Assembly: GCA_038998335.1 (NCBI GenBank)
Contig: JAVZHQ010000001.1
Span: forward strand, 160,001 to 224,000
Origin: Candidatus Aenigmatarchaeota archaeon
Lineage (GTDB): Archaea; Aenigmatarchaeota; Aenigmatarchaeia; CG10238-14; SCSR01
Length of the DNA: 64,000 bases
Direction: 5' to 3'
Under the pieces are notes generated by a model. That model did not search any database and was not told the origin of the DNA. It saw only the letters and a list, made by a program, of their open reading frames with translations. Position numbers and translations under genes: made by a program. The number at the start of each line of letters is the position of its first letter. Within the stretch, counting starts at the first letter, position 1. Shown here piece after piece: positions 8,298-17,723 of the stretch.

Positions 8298-8564
8298 TCA
8301 AACCCACTTGATTAAACCAGACTTCTGTAATTTCTCTAAAATTCCAAGAACAGCAGCTTTTACTATATCTCTATTTCCATTAACAGAAAAAACATCAACT
8401 ATTTGCTCTATATCAGATTTTCCATCGCATTGAATCCAAACAAGAAAGGCTATAGGGTCAAGAGTATAGGTTTCATTCGTGTCTTTATCAAGAAGAAGAT
8501 AAACATCCCCAGCTTTACTCCAGATTAACTCTTTTGTTCTTTGTGGTTTCTTTCCTTCGTTCAT
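8298..8564 (-). CDS. PqqD/RRE-like small protein
   Basis: LLDKDTNETYTLDPIAFLVWIQCDGK..IEQIV...LEKLQKSGLI pattern. Confidence 0.8.
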   Translation of the reverse strand: MNEGKKPQRTKELIWSKAGDVYLLLDKDTNETYTLDPIAFLVWIQCDGKSDIEQIVDVFSVNGNRDIVKAAVLGILEKLQKSGLIKWV

Positions 8565-8857
8565 ACTGCTCCAGTTTCAGCCATTTCTCCTTCTTCGCTG
8601 ACTTCTGGTGTTTGAATATGCTTGATGATTACTATATCGCCAACTGCTTGAACCATGTTATAAGGCACTACAAGACCTTTCTTACTTCCTACTAACTTTC
8701 CTAGGAATGACTCTTTCGCTGCTTCTATCACTAAAGCTCTAACTTTGAACCTTGAAAGGTCAAGCTCAACGTCTGAAACCTTTCCACAATAGAAACCTTT
8801 CCCAGTGAAAACATCTTTTCCAAACATCTCTTGAATATCTTTAACTGTTATAGGCAT
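8561..8857 (-). CDS. PRC-barrel protein (CdpB-like)
   Basis: GKDVFTGKGFYCGKVSDVELD...VPYNMVQAVGDIVII. Confidence 0.9.
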   Translation of the reverse strand: MPITVKDIQEMFGKDVFTGKGFYCGKVSDVELDLSRFKVRALVIEAAKESFLGKLVGSKKGLVVPYNMVQAVGDIVIIKHIQTPEVSEEGEMAETGAV

Positions 8858-8970
8858 TTTTACTCCTCCTTATAAAATTTGTATTTAAAATAATATAAGG
8901 ATTCTTATTTTTAAAAAGCTTAAACAAATTTAAAGCTCTAAATAAAAAATTAAATTGGTTACGTAGCTAG

Positions 8971-9056
8971 GCCCGGGTCGCACAACCTGGTAGTGCACTA
9001 GCCTGCTAAGCTAGGGAGCCTTTTGGCTCTTGCGGGTTCAAATCCCGCCCCGGGCG
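8971..9056 (+). tRNA. tRNA-Ser(GCT)
   Basis: CTAGC-CT-GCT-AA-GCTAG, long variable arm. Confidence 0.95.
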
Positions 9057-9095
9057 TTACAACTTTATAATTTTTCTAATCAATAAAAATTTTAA

Positions 9096-9920
9096 ATGAT
9101 AGATTATCATCTTCACACAGATTATACCCAAGACGCGAAAGGTAAAGTTGAAGATTACTGTAAAGTTGCTAAAGAAAGAAATCTTAAGGAAATTGCTTTT
9201 GCCAATCATTTCAACATAATTAAACTTAACTTGCCTGGAGAAAGCATACTTCCTCAGCAAATACCAGAACATTTTCAAAATATAGAAAAAGCAAGGAAAG
9301 AGTTTGGACTTAAAATAAAATTTGGTCTAGAAGTTGATTATTGGAGTTCTGAACATGGAAGAATAGAAAAAGTTTTGAAAGAACATGAGTTTGATTTTCT
9401 TTTAGGTTCTGTTCATTATGTTGGGAATATTTTAATAGCTGGAAAGCTTGAAGACTCTATTGGTTTTTTTAAGAACAAGAGCTTACAAGAAGCTTATAGG
9501 ATATACTTCGATAGGGTTATCGAAACTGTAGAAAGCAATCTTTTTGATGTTTTAGCTCATCCCGATTACATAAGAAAAAATGCAAAAAAATTTTTTGGTA
9601 AAGAATTGCCTTTTGAAAAATACAGAAAGCTTGTAGAAAAAGTAATAGAAGCTCTACTTACTAACGATACAGGAATTGAAATTAATACTTCTGGATTTTT
9701 TCACGGAATTAACGATTTCTTTCCAAGTTATGAATTTCTTAAACTTTGTTTAGAGTCTGGTGTGAAAGTTGTGACAGTAGGCTCAGATGCCCATTTGCCA
9801 GAAAGGGTTGGTGATAGGATAAAAGAAGCTTTGGAAAGGTTGAAAGAAATTGGGTTTAGAAAAATTTATTATTATGATAAAAGGAAGAAGAAAGGAATGC
9901 TGATAAAAAATCTTGTTTAA
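9096..9920 (+). CDS. PHP-family phosphatase (HisK/HisJ-like)
   Basis: DYHLHT, GSVH, AHPD, EINTSG, GSDAH. Confidence 0.88.
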   Translation: MIDYHLHTDYTQDAKGKVEDYCKVAKERNLKEIAFANHFNIIKLNLPGESILPQQIPEHFQNIEKARKEFGLKIKFGLEVDYWSSEHGRIEKVLKEHEFDFLLGSVHYVGNILIAGKLEDSIGFFKNKSLQEAYRIYFDRVIETVESNLFDVLAHPDYIRKNAKKFFGKELPFEKYRKLVEKVIEALLTNDTGIEINTSGFFHGINDFFPSYEFLKLCLESGVKVVTVGSDAHLPERVGDRIKEALERLKEIGFRKIYYYDKRKKKGMLIKNLV

Positions 9921-9978
9921 ATTTGTTATAGAAATTTTTTTAAAGAATTAGTAATTAATGAATAATTAATAGATATAT

Positions 9979-10049
9979 GGGCCCGTAGTCTAACGGTAGG
10001 ACGTCGCCCTGACGCGGCGAAGAAAGGAGTTCAATTCTCCTCGGGCCCA
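9979..10049 (+). tRNA. tRNA-Val(GAC)
   Basis: TCGCC-CT-GAC-GC-GGCGA, acceptor GGGCCCG/CGGGCCC. Confidence 0.92.
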
Positions 10050-10058
10050 TGTGAAAAA

Positions 10059-10409
10059 ATGGATTTAAAGGAAATAGCAAAGTTCCAAAGAGAATTTGAT
10101 AAAAAGCATGGGTGGGATTGGTCCAAATCTTCAAAAGAAGAAAAAATTAAACATTTGCAATATGCTACAATAGCTTTAGCAGGCGAAGTTGGAGAATTTG
10201 CAAATACTGTTAAAAAAATTTTGAGAGAGTTCAATTTCTCAAGAGAAATTCCGAAAGGAGAATATGAAAAATTAAAAGAAGAGATAATAGATGTTTTTGT
10301 CTACTTCATTAAAATTGCAGACCAACTTTTAGAGTTAGATGTGGAAAAAGAATACTTGAAAAAAATGGAAAAAAATGAGAAAAGATTCGCAAAGTTTAAA
10401 AGTAAATGA
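10059..10409 (+). CDS. MazG-like NTP pyrophosphohydrolase
   Basis: LAGEVGEFANTVKK...EEIIDV. Confidence 0.87.
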   Translation: MDLKEIAKFQREFDKKHGWDWSKSSKEEKIKHLQYATIALAGEVGEFANTVKKILREFNFSREIPKGEYEKLKEEIIDVFVYFIKIADQLLELDVEKEYLKKMEKNEKRFAKFKSK

Positions 10410-10437
10410 ATTTTTAAGCTTAAAACAAAATATAATT

Positions 10438-10872
10438 ATGGGAATTAATTTAGCAGTGGATGCGATAGTTGAAAAAGGGAACAAAATTCTTTTGATAACA
10501 AGGGCTTCAGAGCCTTTTGAAGGGATGCTTGCTCTTCCTGGCGGATTTGTTGAAGAAGGAGAAAAAGTTGAACAAGCTTTGATAAGAGAGGTTGAGGAAG
10601 AAACTTCTATTGTGATTAAGCCGAAAGAGATTTTGGGAGTTTATTCAGACCCAGAAAGAGATCCTAGAGGACATACAGTTTCAATAGTTTTTGTTGCTGA
10701 AGTTGCTGGTGGTGAGCTAGAAGCTGGAGGAGACGCCGAAGATGCAGATTGGTACGAGCTCAAAAAAATAAACTTGAAAAAGCTTGCTTTCGATCATGCA
10801 CGAATCCTTAAAGATTATAGCAAATGGCTAAAGAAGAAAAGAACTTTTTGGTCAAGCCTTGAGGTTAAGTAA
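10438..10872 (+). CDS. Nudix hydrolase (ADP-ribose pyrophosphatase-like)
   Basis: Nudix box GGFVEEGE..REVEEET; RDPRGH; LAFDH. Confidence 0.92.
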   Translation: MGINLAVDAIVEKGNKILLITRASEPFEGMLALPGGFVEEGEKVEQALIREVEEETSIVIKPKEILGVYSDPERDPRGHTVSIVFVAEVAGGELEAGGDAEDADWYELKKINLKKLAFDHARILKDYSKWLKKKRTFWSSLEVK

Positions 10873-11496
10873 TTTCTCAATTTTTTCCGCTATAATTTCT
10901 GTGCATTTTTCCGCTACCTCTAAAGGTTCGCTATCCGCTTTAACATATTCAACGTTAAACTTTTTAACTAAATCTTCTGGAAGGTTATAGTAAACTTCTG
11001 CTTGTTTTTCAAGATAGTTTGCTTCTTCAAAAAAGTCAAACAACCTTTTACTTAAGTATTTTCTATTTTTAAGTTCTTCAACTGGAACTTTAAGGATTAA
11101 AGTTAGAATAGGCATGTTTTTATCAAACTTATTTATTTCGTCTAGCCAGGAAAAGTCGACTTTCCCTAGAATTCCTTGGTAAATGTAAGTAGTGAGTAAA
11201 GATCTTTCCTGAATAACAAGAAATTTTTCTTTTAATTCTTCCAGAGGCTTTATCGAATTCAAATAATGAAACAAATGGTCTGCTGCATAAACCAAAGCAA
11301 AAACTTCTTGAGCAGGAGTCTCTTTCATACTTCTTAAAATATCTGTAAACGCTCCGGTAACAAAACTTGTTGGCAGTTCGGTTCTTTTTATCTTAAGGTG
11401 TTTATACTTTTTTCTTAGCAGTTCCGTTACTATGTTTGCTATCGTTGTCTTTCCACAAAAGTCTGGGCCGTCTATACTTACAACAAAAACTGCCAT
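10852..11496 (-). CDS. Thymidylate kinase family protein
   Basis: DGPDFCGKTT P-loop, LVYAAD, ERSLLTTYIYQG. Confidence 0.8.
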   Translation of the reverse strand: MAVFVVSIDGPDFCGKTTIANIVTELLRKKYKHLKIKRTELPTSFVTGAFTDILRSMKETPAQEVFALVYAADHLFHYLNSIKPLEELKEKFLVIQERSLLTTYIYQGILGKVDFSWLDEINKFDKNMPILTLILKVPVEELKNRKYLSKRLFDFFEEANYLEKQAEVYYNLPEDLVKKFNVEYVKADSEPLEVAEKCTEIIAEKIEKLLNLKA

Positions 11497-11527
11497 AATT
11501 TCTTTAAAGCTTACAATAAATAAATTT

Positions 11528-11932
11528 TTATTCTTTTATCTCGTTTTCTATCACACTGAGCCTTAGAATTATGTAAACTATTAAAGTTGCTATACTAGCT
11601 AGTAAATAATAACCTACACCTACAGCTATTCCTATCGAAGCAACAACCCATAAAGAGGCTGCTGTGGTTAGGCCAATAACTTTTTCTTTGAACTGAAAGA
11701 TTGTGCCACCACCAATAAACCCTATTCCAACTATGATGTAAGCTGCCATTCTTGAAGTGTCAGCGTTTGGAAATGCTGTTAAAGACATTATTGTTAAAAG
11801 GGTTGAACCTAAACAAATTAACATATGAGTTCTTAAACCTGCAGGTTTTGCCCTTATTTGTCTTTCATAGCCAATCAAACTACCAAGAAAAACAGAAAGA
11901 AGCAGTTTAAGTACCATTTCAACTTCTTCCAT
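11528..11932 (-). CDS. MgtC/SapB family membrane protein
   Basis: IGYERQ...AGLRTH, GIGFIGGG, GLTTAASLW. Confidence 0.93.
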   Translation of the reverse strand: MEEVEMVLKLLLSVFLGSLIGYERQIRAKPAGLRTHMLICLGSTLLTIMSLTAFPNADTSRMAAYIIVGIGFIGGGTIFQFKEKVIGLTTAASLWVVASIGIAVGVGYYLLASIATLIVYIILRLSVIENEIKE

Positions 11933-11963
11933 AATTTAATTTAATAAAACTGAATATTTATCT

Positions 11964-14762
11964 TTAAACACTCCAGTATCTTCTAGTTTTTAAGTAGTTT
12001 CTTTCTGCTTCAAGTATGCTTTTGAAAAGCTCCTCTTCATTCTTATGAAACTTTGACAAGATCTTTATAGTAGTATCTGGGCCTATGCCTTTACCTGCTA
12101 AACAATAAGCTGCTTTTTTTCCATAAGTTAAAAATAAGTCTGCACTCTTTCTTATCCTTTCAAACTTCTTTTTTTCTTCTTCTGTTAATCCTAAGTTCCT
12201 TAACCTTTTCTTCGCTATTTTTAATGCTTGCTGATCATTAGGTTTAGTAATTCCCAGCAAGCGAGCATCACATCTTTTGCATTTCAAATTTTCTGGCAAA
12301 TCTTTTAAAACAAAAGTTTGGTTCCATTCGCAACAATTCAAACAGATGAATTTAAGCTTTGTAGCCAAAAGTCTTTGTTTGAAAAGTTTAAAAATTTCTG
12401 GTTCAGGTCTTGAAGGACCAAGAACTTCTAAGTATTTGTGCCTAAGCCCAACTTTTCCTAAAAAAGACAAGCCTGGCTTAAAAACAACTTTTATTTCTCC
12501 ATTTTGAATCTTTTTAAGCACTTCCTTACTTCTTTCTATGTCAAGCTTTTCCACTTCCAATTCCTTCAAAGTTTCCTTGAAAATTGGCGTACCAATATAA
12601 CTTTCAATTATTCTTTTTATAGTTGTTTTCCCATAATCTGCATCTTTTGCTATAGAGCCGAATCTTTTTGCAACATGCACAAACTTCCATTCAAACAACT
12701 CGCTTTTACTCGAGCTTATTTCTAGGTAATTTCTTAAAAGTTCTGGGTTTGTGTTAAAAAGTATCTCTTTGATTAATTCAAGATTTTTATTCTGAAGCTG
12801 AAGAATTATTCTATAGGCATCAGTTTTTAAACCTACTGAACCAATTCTTGGAGTTAAAAGTGCAGAAATGAATCTACCAAGAGTTTCGTTTACTAAAGAA
12901 CCAAAACAAGAATGAATAATTATTGTGTTTTCATAATCCTCAACAACGATAGTTTTGTCATCAGGAATTACACCATAACTTAACTGTTTTTTTATAGTCT
13001 CAATCATCTTCCTTGCACAATTTTTTTCTATCGGATAAAGTTCTAGCAATTTTTTTGTTGTTTCTTCTTCGTCTTCTTCAAGCAAGCTAGCAATTAAGCT
13101 TCTTAATCTTCCAACCTCTTGAGAAACTTCAAAAGGAACAGGTATTAATTCTCCTTCCCATGCTGGTATAGCAGCCTCTATATCAAGAGTTGGTTCAACT
13201 ATTATCTTATCTTCCTTTACATCCAAAACTCTCCAGGCCTCACCCTTAACTATAAAGCTACTTCCTATTCCAGCATGTAAAGCAACAAACTCCTCGTCTA
13301 AAACCCCAACAAAACTATTATCTAAAGAATTAAAAATTTTGAATTGCTTAACGTCAGGAATTGTTGAAAGTTGGTTAAAATAATACTCAAAACCCCTTCT
13401 TCTCTTTTTTATTTCTTTATCCAGGAATATTAGGCCTAGTTGCTGAAGTTGTTTACAAACTTCTAAAAATTCTGTATAACTTAAATTTCTGTAAGGATAA
13501 GCTCTTTTAACTATTTCATAGGCCTTTTCAACGCTTATTCTCCAAAAATCATGAGTGAGGCCAACTATCTGATGAGCTAAAACATCATAGGAATTTTCAT
13601 GAAATCTCAATTCTTCCAACTCTTCTTTCAAAGCTTTTCTTGCTATTACTGCAGACTCAAAAATATCATCTTCGTCAGTTGAAATTATTATACCTTTAGC
13701 CACTCTTTCAACTTCATGCCCACTTCTTCCAACTCTTTGAATTAATTGTGTTACTTGCCTAGGACTCATATACTGAAGAACTAAATCCACGCTACCTACA
13801 TCTATTCCAAGTTGTAAAGAACTTGTTGAAACTATTGATTTTATTTTTTCCTGTTTAAATTCTTTCTCAGTTTTGATTCTAATCTCTTTACTTAAGCTTG
13901 AGTGATGCACACCAACAGGAAAGTTTTTATCTATGGCTTTTATTCTTGATGCTAAAATTTCAGCAAACTCTCTTGTGTTAGTAAATGTTAAAACTGAACG
14001 AGATCTTTTAATCATTTCCATTATAAACCTAAGCCTTGCAGCAGTTTCTGGAGAAGCGAATATTTTTTCGCTTATTTTCTTATCTATACGCTCAGGTCTA
14101 GGATGAAACACTTTTATTTTCATTCCTTTTGGAAAAGTTGCTTTTATTATTTCTATTGGCCTGTTAGGTGATATGAACTTTGCAACTTTTTCTGGTGAAC
14201 CTACGGTTGCACTTAATCCTATAACCTGAAACTCTTTACAAATTTCTCTCAATCTTTCTAGGGCTAAACTCAATTGCGTTCCTCTTTTTGAGTCAACTAT
14301 TTCATGCACTTCATCTATTACTACCCATTTCACGTTGCTCAAATGTTCCCTTATCTTCTTTCCAGGCAAAATTGCTTGTAAAGTTTCTGGGGTTGTGATA
14401 AGTAAAGAAGGAGGGAACTCTACTTGCAACTTTCTTTCGTAAGCGCTTGTATCTCCATGTCTCACAGAAGCTTCTATTCCAATTTCATTACACCACCATA
14501 AAAGCCTTTCCAGAAGGTCTCGGTTAAGGGCTTTAAGAGGAGTAATGTAAAGAATACTTATAGGCTTAGGCTTTTGTTCTATAAGAAAATGAAATAAAGG
14601 AAGCATACAACTTTCAGTTTTTCCTGTGCCTGTTGGAGCAATAACTAAAACATTCTTTCCTTCTAAAATAGGTGGAATTGCAAGTTTTTGCGGTAAAGTT
14701 GGTTGTTTAAACCTTTTTTCTATAATTTTTCTTAGTTGAGGGTTAAGTAGCTCAAATACCAT
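11964..14762 (-). CDS. lhr: Lhr-family DEAH-box helicase
   Basis: APTGTGKT, ITTPE, DEVHE, SAT, QRVGRSGH, C-terminal Zn motif. Confidence 0.9.
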   Translation of the reverse strand: MVFELLNPQLRKIIEKRFKQPTLPQKLAIPPILEGKNVLVIAPTGTGKTESCMLPLFHFLIEQKPKPISILYITPLKALNRDLLERLLWWCNEIGIEASVRHGDTSAYERKLQVEFPPSLLITTPETLQAILPGKKIREHLSNVKWVVIDEVHEIVDSKRGTQLSLALERLREICKEFQVIGLSATVGSPEKVAKFISPNRPIEIIKATFPKGMKIKVFHPRPERIDKKISEKIFASPETAARLRFIMEMIKRSRSVLTFTNTREFAEILASRIKAIDKNFPVGVHHSSLSKEIRIKTEKEFKQEKIKSIVSTSSLQLGIDVGSVDLVLQYMSPRQVTQLIQRVGRSGHEVERVAKGIIISTDEDDIFESAVIARKALKEELEELRFHENSYDVLAHQIVGLTHDFWRISVEKAYEIVKRAYPYRNLSYTEFLEVCKQLQQLGLIFLDKEIKKRRRGFEYYFNQLSTIPDVKQFKIFNSLDNSFVGVLDEEFVALHAGIGSSFIVKGEAWRVLDVKEDKIIVEPTLDIEAAIPAWEGELIPVPFEVSQEVGRLRSLIASLLEEDEEETTKKLLELYPIEKNCARKMIETIKKQLSYGVIPDDKTIVVEDYENTIIIHSCFGSLVNETLGRFISALLTPRIGSVGLKTDAYRIILQLQNKNLELIKEILFNTNPELLRNYLEISSSKSELFEWKFVHVAKRFGSIAKDADYGKTTIKRIIESYIGTPIFKETLKELEVEKLDIERSKEVLKKIQNGEIKVVFKPGLSFLGKVGLRHKYLEVLGPSRPEPEIFKLFKQRLLATKLKFICLNCCEWNQTFVLKDLPENLKCKRCDARLLGITKPNDQQALKIAKKRLRNLGLTEEEKKKFERIRKSADLFLTYGKKAAYCLAGKGIGPDTTIKILSKFHKNEEELFKSILEAERNYLKTRRYWSV

Positions 14763-14889
14763 AATTACCCACTGAACAATTCTGGAGAATATAATATAAA
14801 TTTACTTTGTATAAAAAACAATAAAATAAACCTTGTTCTTAAACTTTTTTATCGAAAGGCTTAAAAACCTTTAAATCCAAATTCAAGGA

Positions 14890-15180
14890 ATGCTTTATTT
14901 TAAAAAAAGTCTTGAAAAAGATGGAAAAGAAAGGCATAGAGGAGAATTTGAAATAATAGCAGATATTCTATCTCTTACTTCAAAACCAATAAACAAAACA
15001 CAAATAATGTACAAAGCCAACTTAAGCTTTTTACAGCTTGAACGTTACCTTAAAAAAGTTTTGAGTTGTGGCTTAGTTGAGCAGAAAAATTCACCCATAA
15101 CCTATAAAATAACAGAAAAAGGAAAAAAGTTTCTTGAGATTTATTCTCAAATTATGCAAATTTTATATTCTGAACAATAA
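14890..15180 (+). CDS. Archaeal winged-helix transcriptional regulator
   Basis: EIIADIL...KTQIMYKANLS...YKITEKG. Confidence 0.85.
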   Translation: MLYFKKSLEKDGKERHRGEFEIIADILSLTSKPINKTQIMYKANLSFLQLERYLKKVLSCGLVEQKNSPITYKITEKGKKFLEIYSQIMQILYSEQ

Positions 15181-15188
15181 TTATTCTT

Positions 15189-15806
15189 GTGAGTAATGTT
15201 GAAAGGATAGTAAAAATACTGAATGAAAAGTATAAAGTTAAGCCTTGGAAAGAAAAACCTTTTAAGCTTCTTATCGGTACAATTCTTTCCCAAAGAACTA
15301 GAGACGAGAAAACTTCTCAAGCCTGGAAAAGGCTTTTTTCTAAAGCAAATACTCCAGAAAAAATTTTGAATTTGAGCGAAAAAGAAATTCAAAGCTTAAT
15401 TAAAGATGTAGGTTTTTATAGACAAAAAGCAAAAAGAATCAAAAAAATTTCTCAAATAATCTTGCAAGAATATAAGGGTAAAGTTCCTTCTTCTAGAGAA
15501 GAGCTAATTAAGCTTCCTGGAGTTGGACCAAAAACTGCTGATGTTGTTCTTTCCTATTCTTTTGGTAAGCCTGTAATTGCTGTCGATACACATGTAGCTA
15601 CAATCTCAAAAAGATTAGGGTGGACAAAAAACAACGAACCAGAAAAAATTAGAGAAGATTTGCATAAAATTGTTCCAAAAAAGTATAGATTAATAATAAA
15701 TATTCTTTTTGTCGAGTTTGGTAAAGACATTTGCAAGGCAAAACCAAAATGTTATGCTTGTCCAATTATAAAGTTTTGTAAATTTACTAGAAAAATTACA
15801 ACTTAA
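15189..15806 (+). CDS. nth: Endonuclease III
   Basis: LSQRTRD, HhH LPGVGPKTA, VDTH, C-terminal 4Fe-4S Cys cluster. Confidence 0.93.
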   Translation: MSNVERIVKILNEKYKVKPWKEKPFKLLIGTILSQRTRDEKTSQAWKRLFSKANTPEKILNLSEKEIQSLIKDVGFYRQKAKRIKKISQIILQEYKGKVPSSREELIKLPGVGPKTADVVLSYSFGKPVIAVDTHVATISKRLGWTKNNEPEKIREDLHKIVPKKYRLIINILFVEFGKDICKAKPKCYACPIIKFCKFTRKITT

Positions 15807-15850
15807 AGTGGTAAAAAAATTTTATCCATAGTTTTTTTCAGAAAATAATT

Positions 15851-16255
15851 ATGAAAAAAGCAATCTTAGTTTTGGTTTTTGTTCTCTTGGTGCCAGTGGC
15901 CTATTCCCTTAAAGTAAGCATAAAAGAGGGTGAAGTAGCAGAAATAGGAAGCAATGAGTTTTTAGTTTCTTTTGGAATGATAAGAGGAAGTATAAACTTT
16001 AAACTTGGAGAGTACAAATGGTCTACAAGAGAAATATGGTTAGTCCCAGAAGGAACTTTACCAAGCTATTTTAAATCAACAGGTAATTACTTAGAAATTC
16101 CAGAGAACATTACTTTTAGCACTTGTAAAACTTCTGTGTATTACAATGAAACTTTAGGCTATGCATTCAAGATACTTCCTTCCCAAATACAAGAAAACGG
16201 AAGCTTCTGCGGCTTAGCTTATGCTGGAAGCTACGATATTATAGCAAAGTTCTAG
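15851..16255 (+). CDS. Hypothetical secreted protein
   Basis: Signal-peptide-like N-terminus. Confidence 0.6.
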   Translation: MKKAILVLVFVLLVPVAYSLKVSIKEGEVAEIGSNEFLVSFGMIRGSINFKLGEYKWSTREIWLVPEGTLPSYFKSTGNYLEIPENITFSTCKTSVYYNETLGYAFKILPSQIQENGSFCGLAYAGSYDIIAKF

Positions 16256-16262
16256 TGGTAAC

Positions 16263-16442
16263 ATGAAACTCTTGCTCGTAATTTTGTTTGTTTTTCTTTT
16301 TTTACTAATACTACACTTTTTTTCTTCTCACACTGCCCTTTTCCCAAAAATTTCTCCAAACCAAAGAGAAAATTTTTATTTTATTGGAAAAGTTAAGATA
16401 GAAGAAGGAAAAATAGCAAGTGTAAATGTTTCAGTTTATTAA
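16263..16442 (+). CDS. Small hypothetical membrane-anchored protein (59 aa)
   Basis: MKLLLVILFVFLFLLIL...; fills the gap and abuts the convergent gene. Confidence 0.4.
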   Translation: MKLLLVILFVFLFLLILHFFSSHTALFPKISPNQRENFYFIGKVKIEEGKIASVNVSVY

Positions 16443-16810
16443 ATACTTCTTAGTACATTCACCACTTCCTTTACGCTCTTTTCCATCTTTATCAAAGCCA
16501 TCCCTAAGTTAGCATCTTTTTCTAACAAGCATGCTAAGATCATTTCACTATCAACAGGGAAACAAACGTAATAACCGTTAGAAGCTTTTACTATAGTGTG
16601 AGTAAAGCTTCCCATTCCAAGTTCTTTTGTTGATATAAAAGAGCTTTTAGTTATTGCTGCAGCCAAAGCAGCCAGAAGCTTAGCGTTAAGCTCAGAGGGA
16701 AGGTAAGATGCTATTAATAAACCATCGTTCTTAGCCAGTATGGCTCCTTTTACTCCCTCTATTCTTTTCATATCTTTCAATATCTTCTCTAATTCAGTTT
16801 TAAGCTCCAT
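16439..16810 (-). CDS. Roadblock/LC7 domain protein
   Basis: IEGVKGAILAKNDGLLIAS...ELGMG...NLGM. Confidence 0.9.
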   Translation of the reverse strand: MELKTELEKILKDMKRIEGVKGAILAKNDGLLIASYLPSELNAKLLAALAAAITKSSFISTKELGMGSFTHTIVKASNGYYVCFPVDSEMILACLLEKDANLGMALIKMEKSVKEVVNVLRSI

Positions 16811-17242
16811 TTAATCACTTTTCGTTATTTCATAAAGATTTTTAAAAAAGTAACTCAAAGAAAGAAGTACTAAGTAAGTTGAAAAAAGTATTCCTAAACC
16901 TCCTATTAAATTTACGATACTATCTTGTTGGTATTCTCTTAAGAGCGATAGAGACCAAGTAATTCCAAATATAAAAGTGGTTACGAACATTATTTTAAAC
17001 CATTCTCTGACTTTTGGGTGAATGAAAATTAGAGTAGCTACATATTGCTCGTTTTTCTCAAAATTTTCTAAAAATTTTTTACAATAATAGGCTGCTATAG
17101 TTGAAGGGACTACGATTACAAAAAAGGCCGTGTAACTTGATATTAAAAGTAAATTATAGTAAGCTCTAACAACAACAATAATAACAGTAGCAAGTAATAA
17201 TAAAATAAAGATGAATACTATGCTATCTAGTTTTTTACTCAT
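16811..17242 (-). CDS. Hypothetical multi-pass membrane protein (paralog of 57321-57665)
   Basis: TM segments; shared KFL.N.E.NE...LIF..PKV and YFFK.LYE.TKS. Confidence 0.75.
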   Translation of the reverse strand: MSKKLDSIVFIFILLLLATVIIVVVRAYYNLLLISSYTAFFVIVVPSTIAAYYCKKFLENFEKNEQYVATLIFIHPKVREWFKIMFVTTFIFGITWSLSLLREYQQDSIVNLIGGLGILFSTYLVLLSLSYFFKNLYEITKSD

Positions 17243-17696
17243 AAGTTAAAATCCTCCTCCTCCATCTGTAGAAAATAACAACAGTAGTAAGAGCCAAGAA
17301 AATAGAGGAAAAAATATAAGAATTATAGAGTATAGAAAAAATCAACTCATACTTTATAAACAATTCTGGAAAGTTATGGTGTACAGCTAATTCTACTAAA
17401 TAGGCCAGCCAGCCTACAAAAACTACTCTTAACGCAGTATGGAAAAACTTAATTTCCTCTTTTAATTTTTTCGGTGCTAACATAAAGTTTACCGTAGAAA
17501 TTTCCTTTGTTCTTAAAAAAGTCTTATACAAGCTAACTGAAACTATGGAATTTGCAAAACCAAGAATTAAAAAAACTGAATCTGTGTAAACAAAAGTTAG
17601 AAGTGGAGTTGTTTTATAAGTAAGCTGAAAAATTATTTCTCCAATAACGGTAATTATTATAGTTAAAAAAATTACTGAATAGAATGCTTTTTCCAT
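17235..17696 (-). CDS. Hypothetical 4-TM membrane protein (paralog of 56870-57343)
   Basis: TM segments; shared K.EIKF and W.(R/K)R...Y C-terminus. Confidence 0.75.
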   Translation of the reverse strand: MEKAFYSVIFLTIIITVIGEIIFQLTYKTTPLLTFVYTDSVFLILGFANSIVSVSLYKTFLRTKEISTVNFMLAPKKLKEEIKFFHTALRVVFVGWLAYLVELAVHHNFPELFIKYELIFSILYNSYIFSSIFLALTTVVIFYRWRRRILTYE

Positions 17697-17723
17697 AAAT
17701 AATTTTTGGTTTTTAAATTAAAA

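Noticed and set aside
8230-8433. 67-aa plus-strand ORF
   Set aside because: Runs through a T-rich tract and is antisense to the PqqD-like gene
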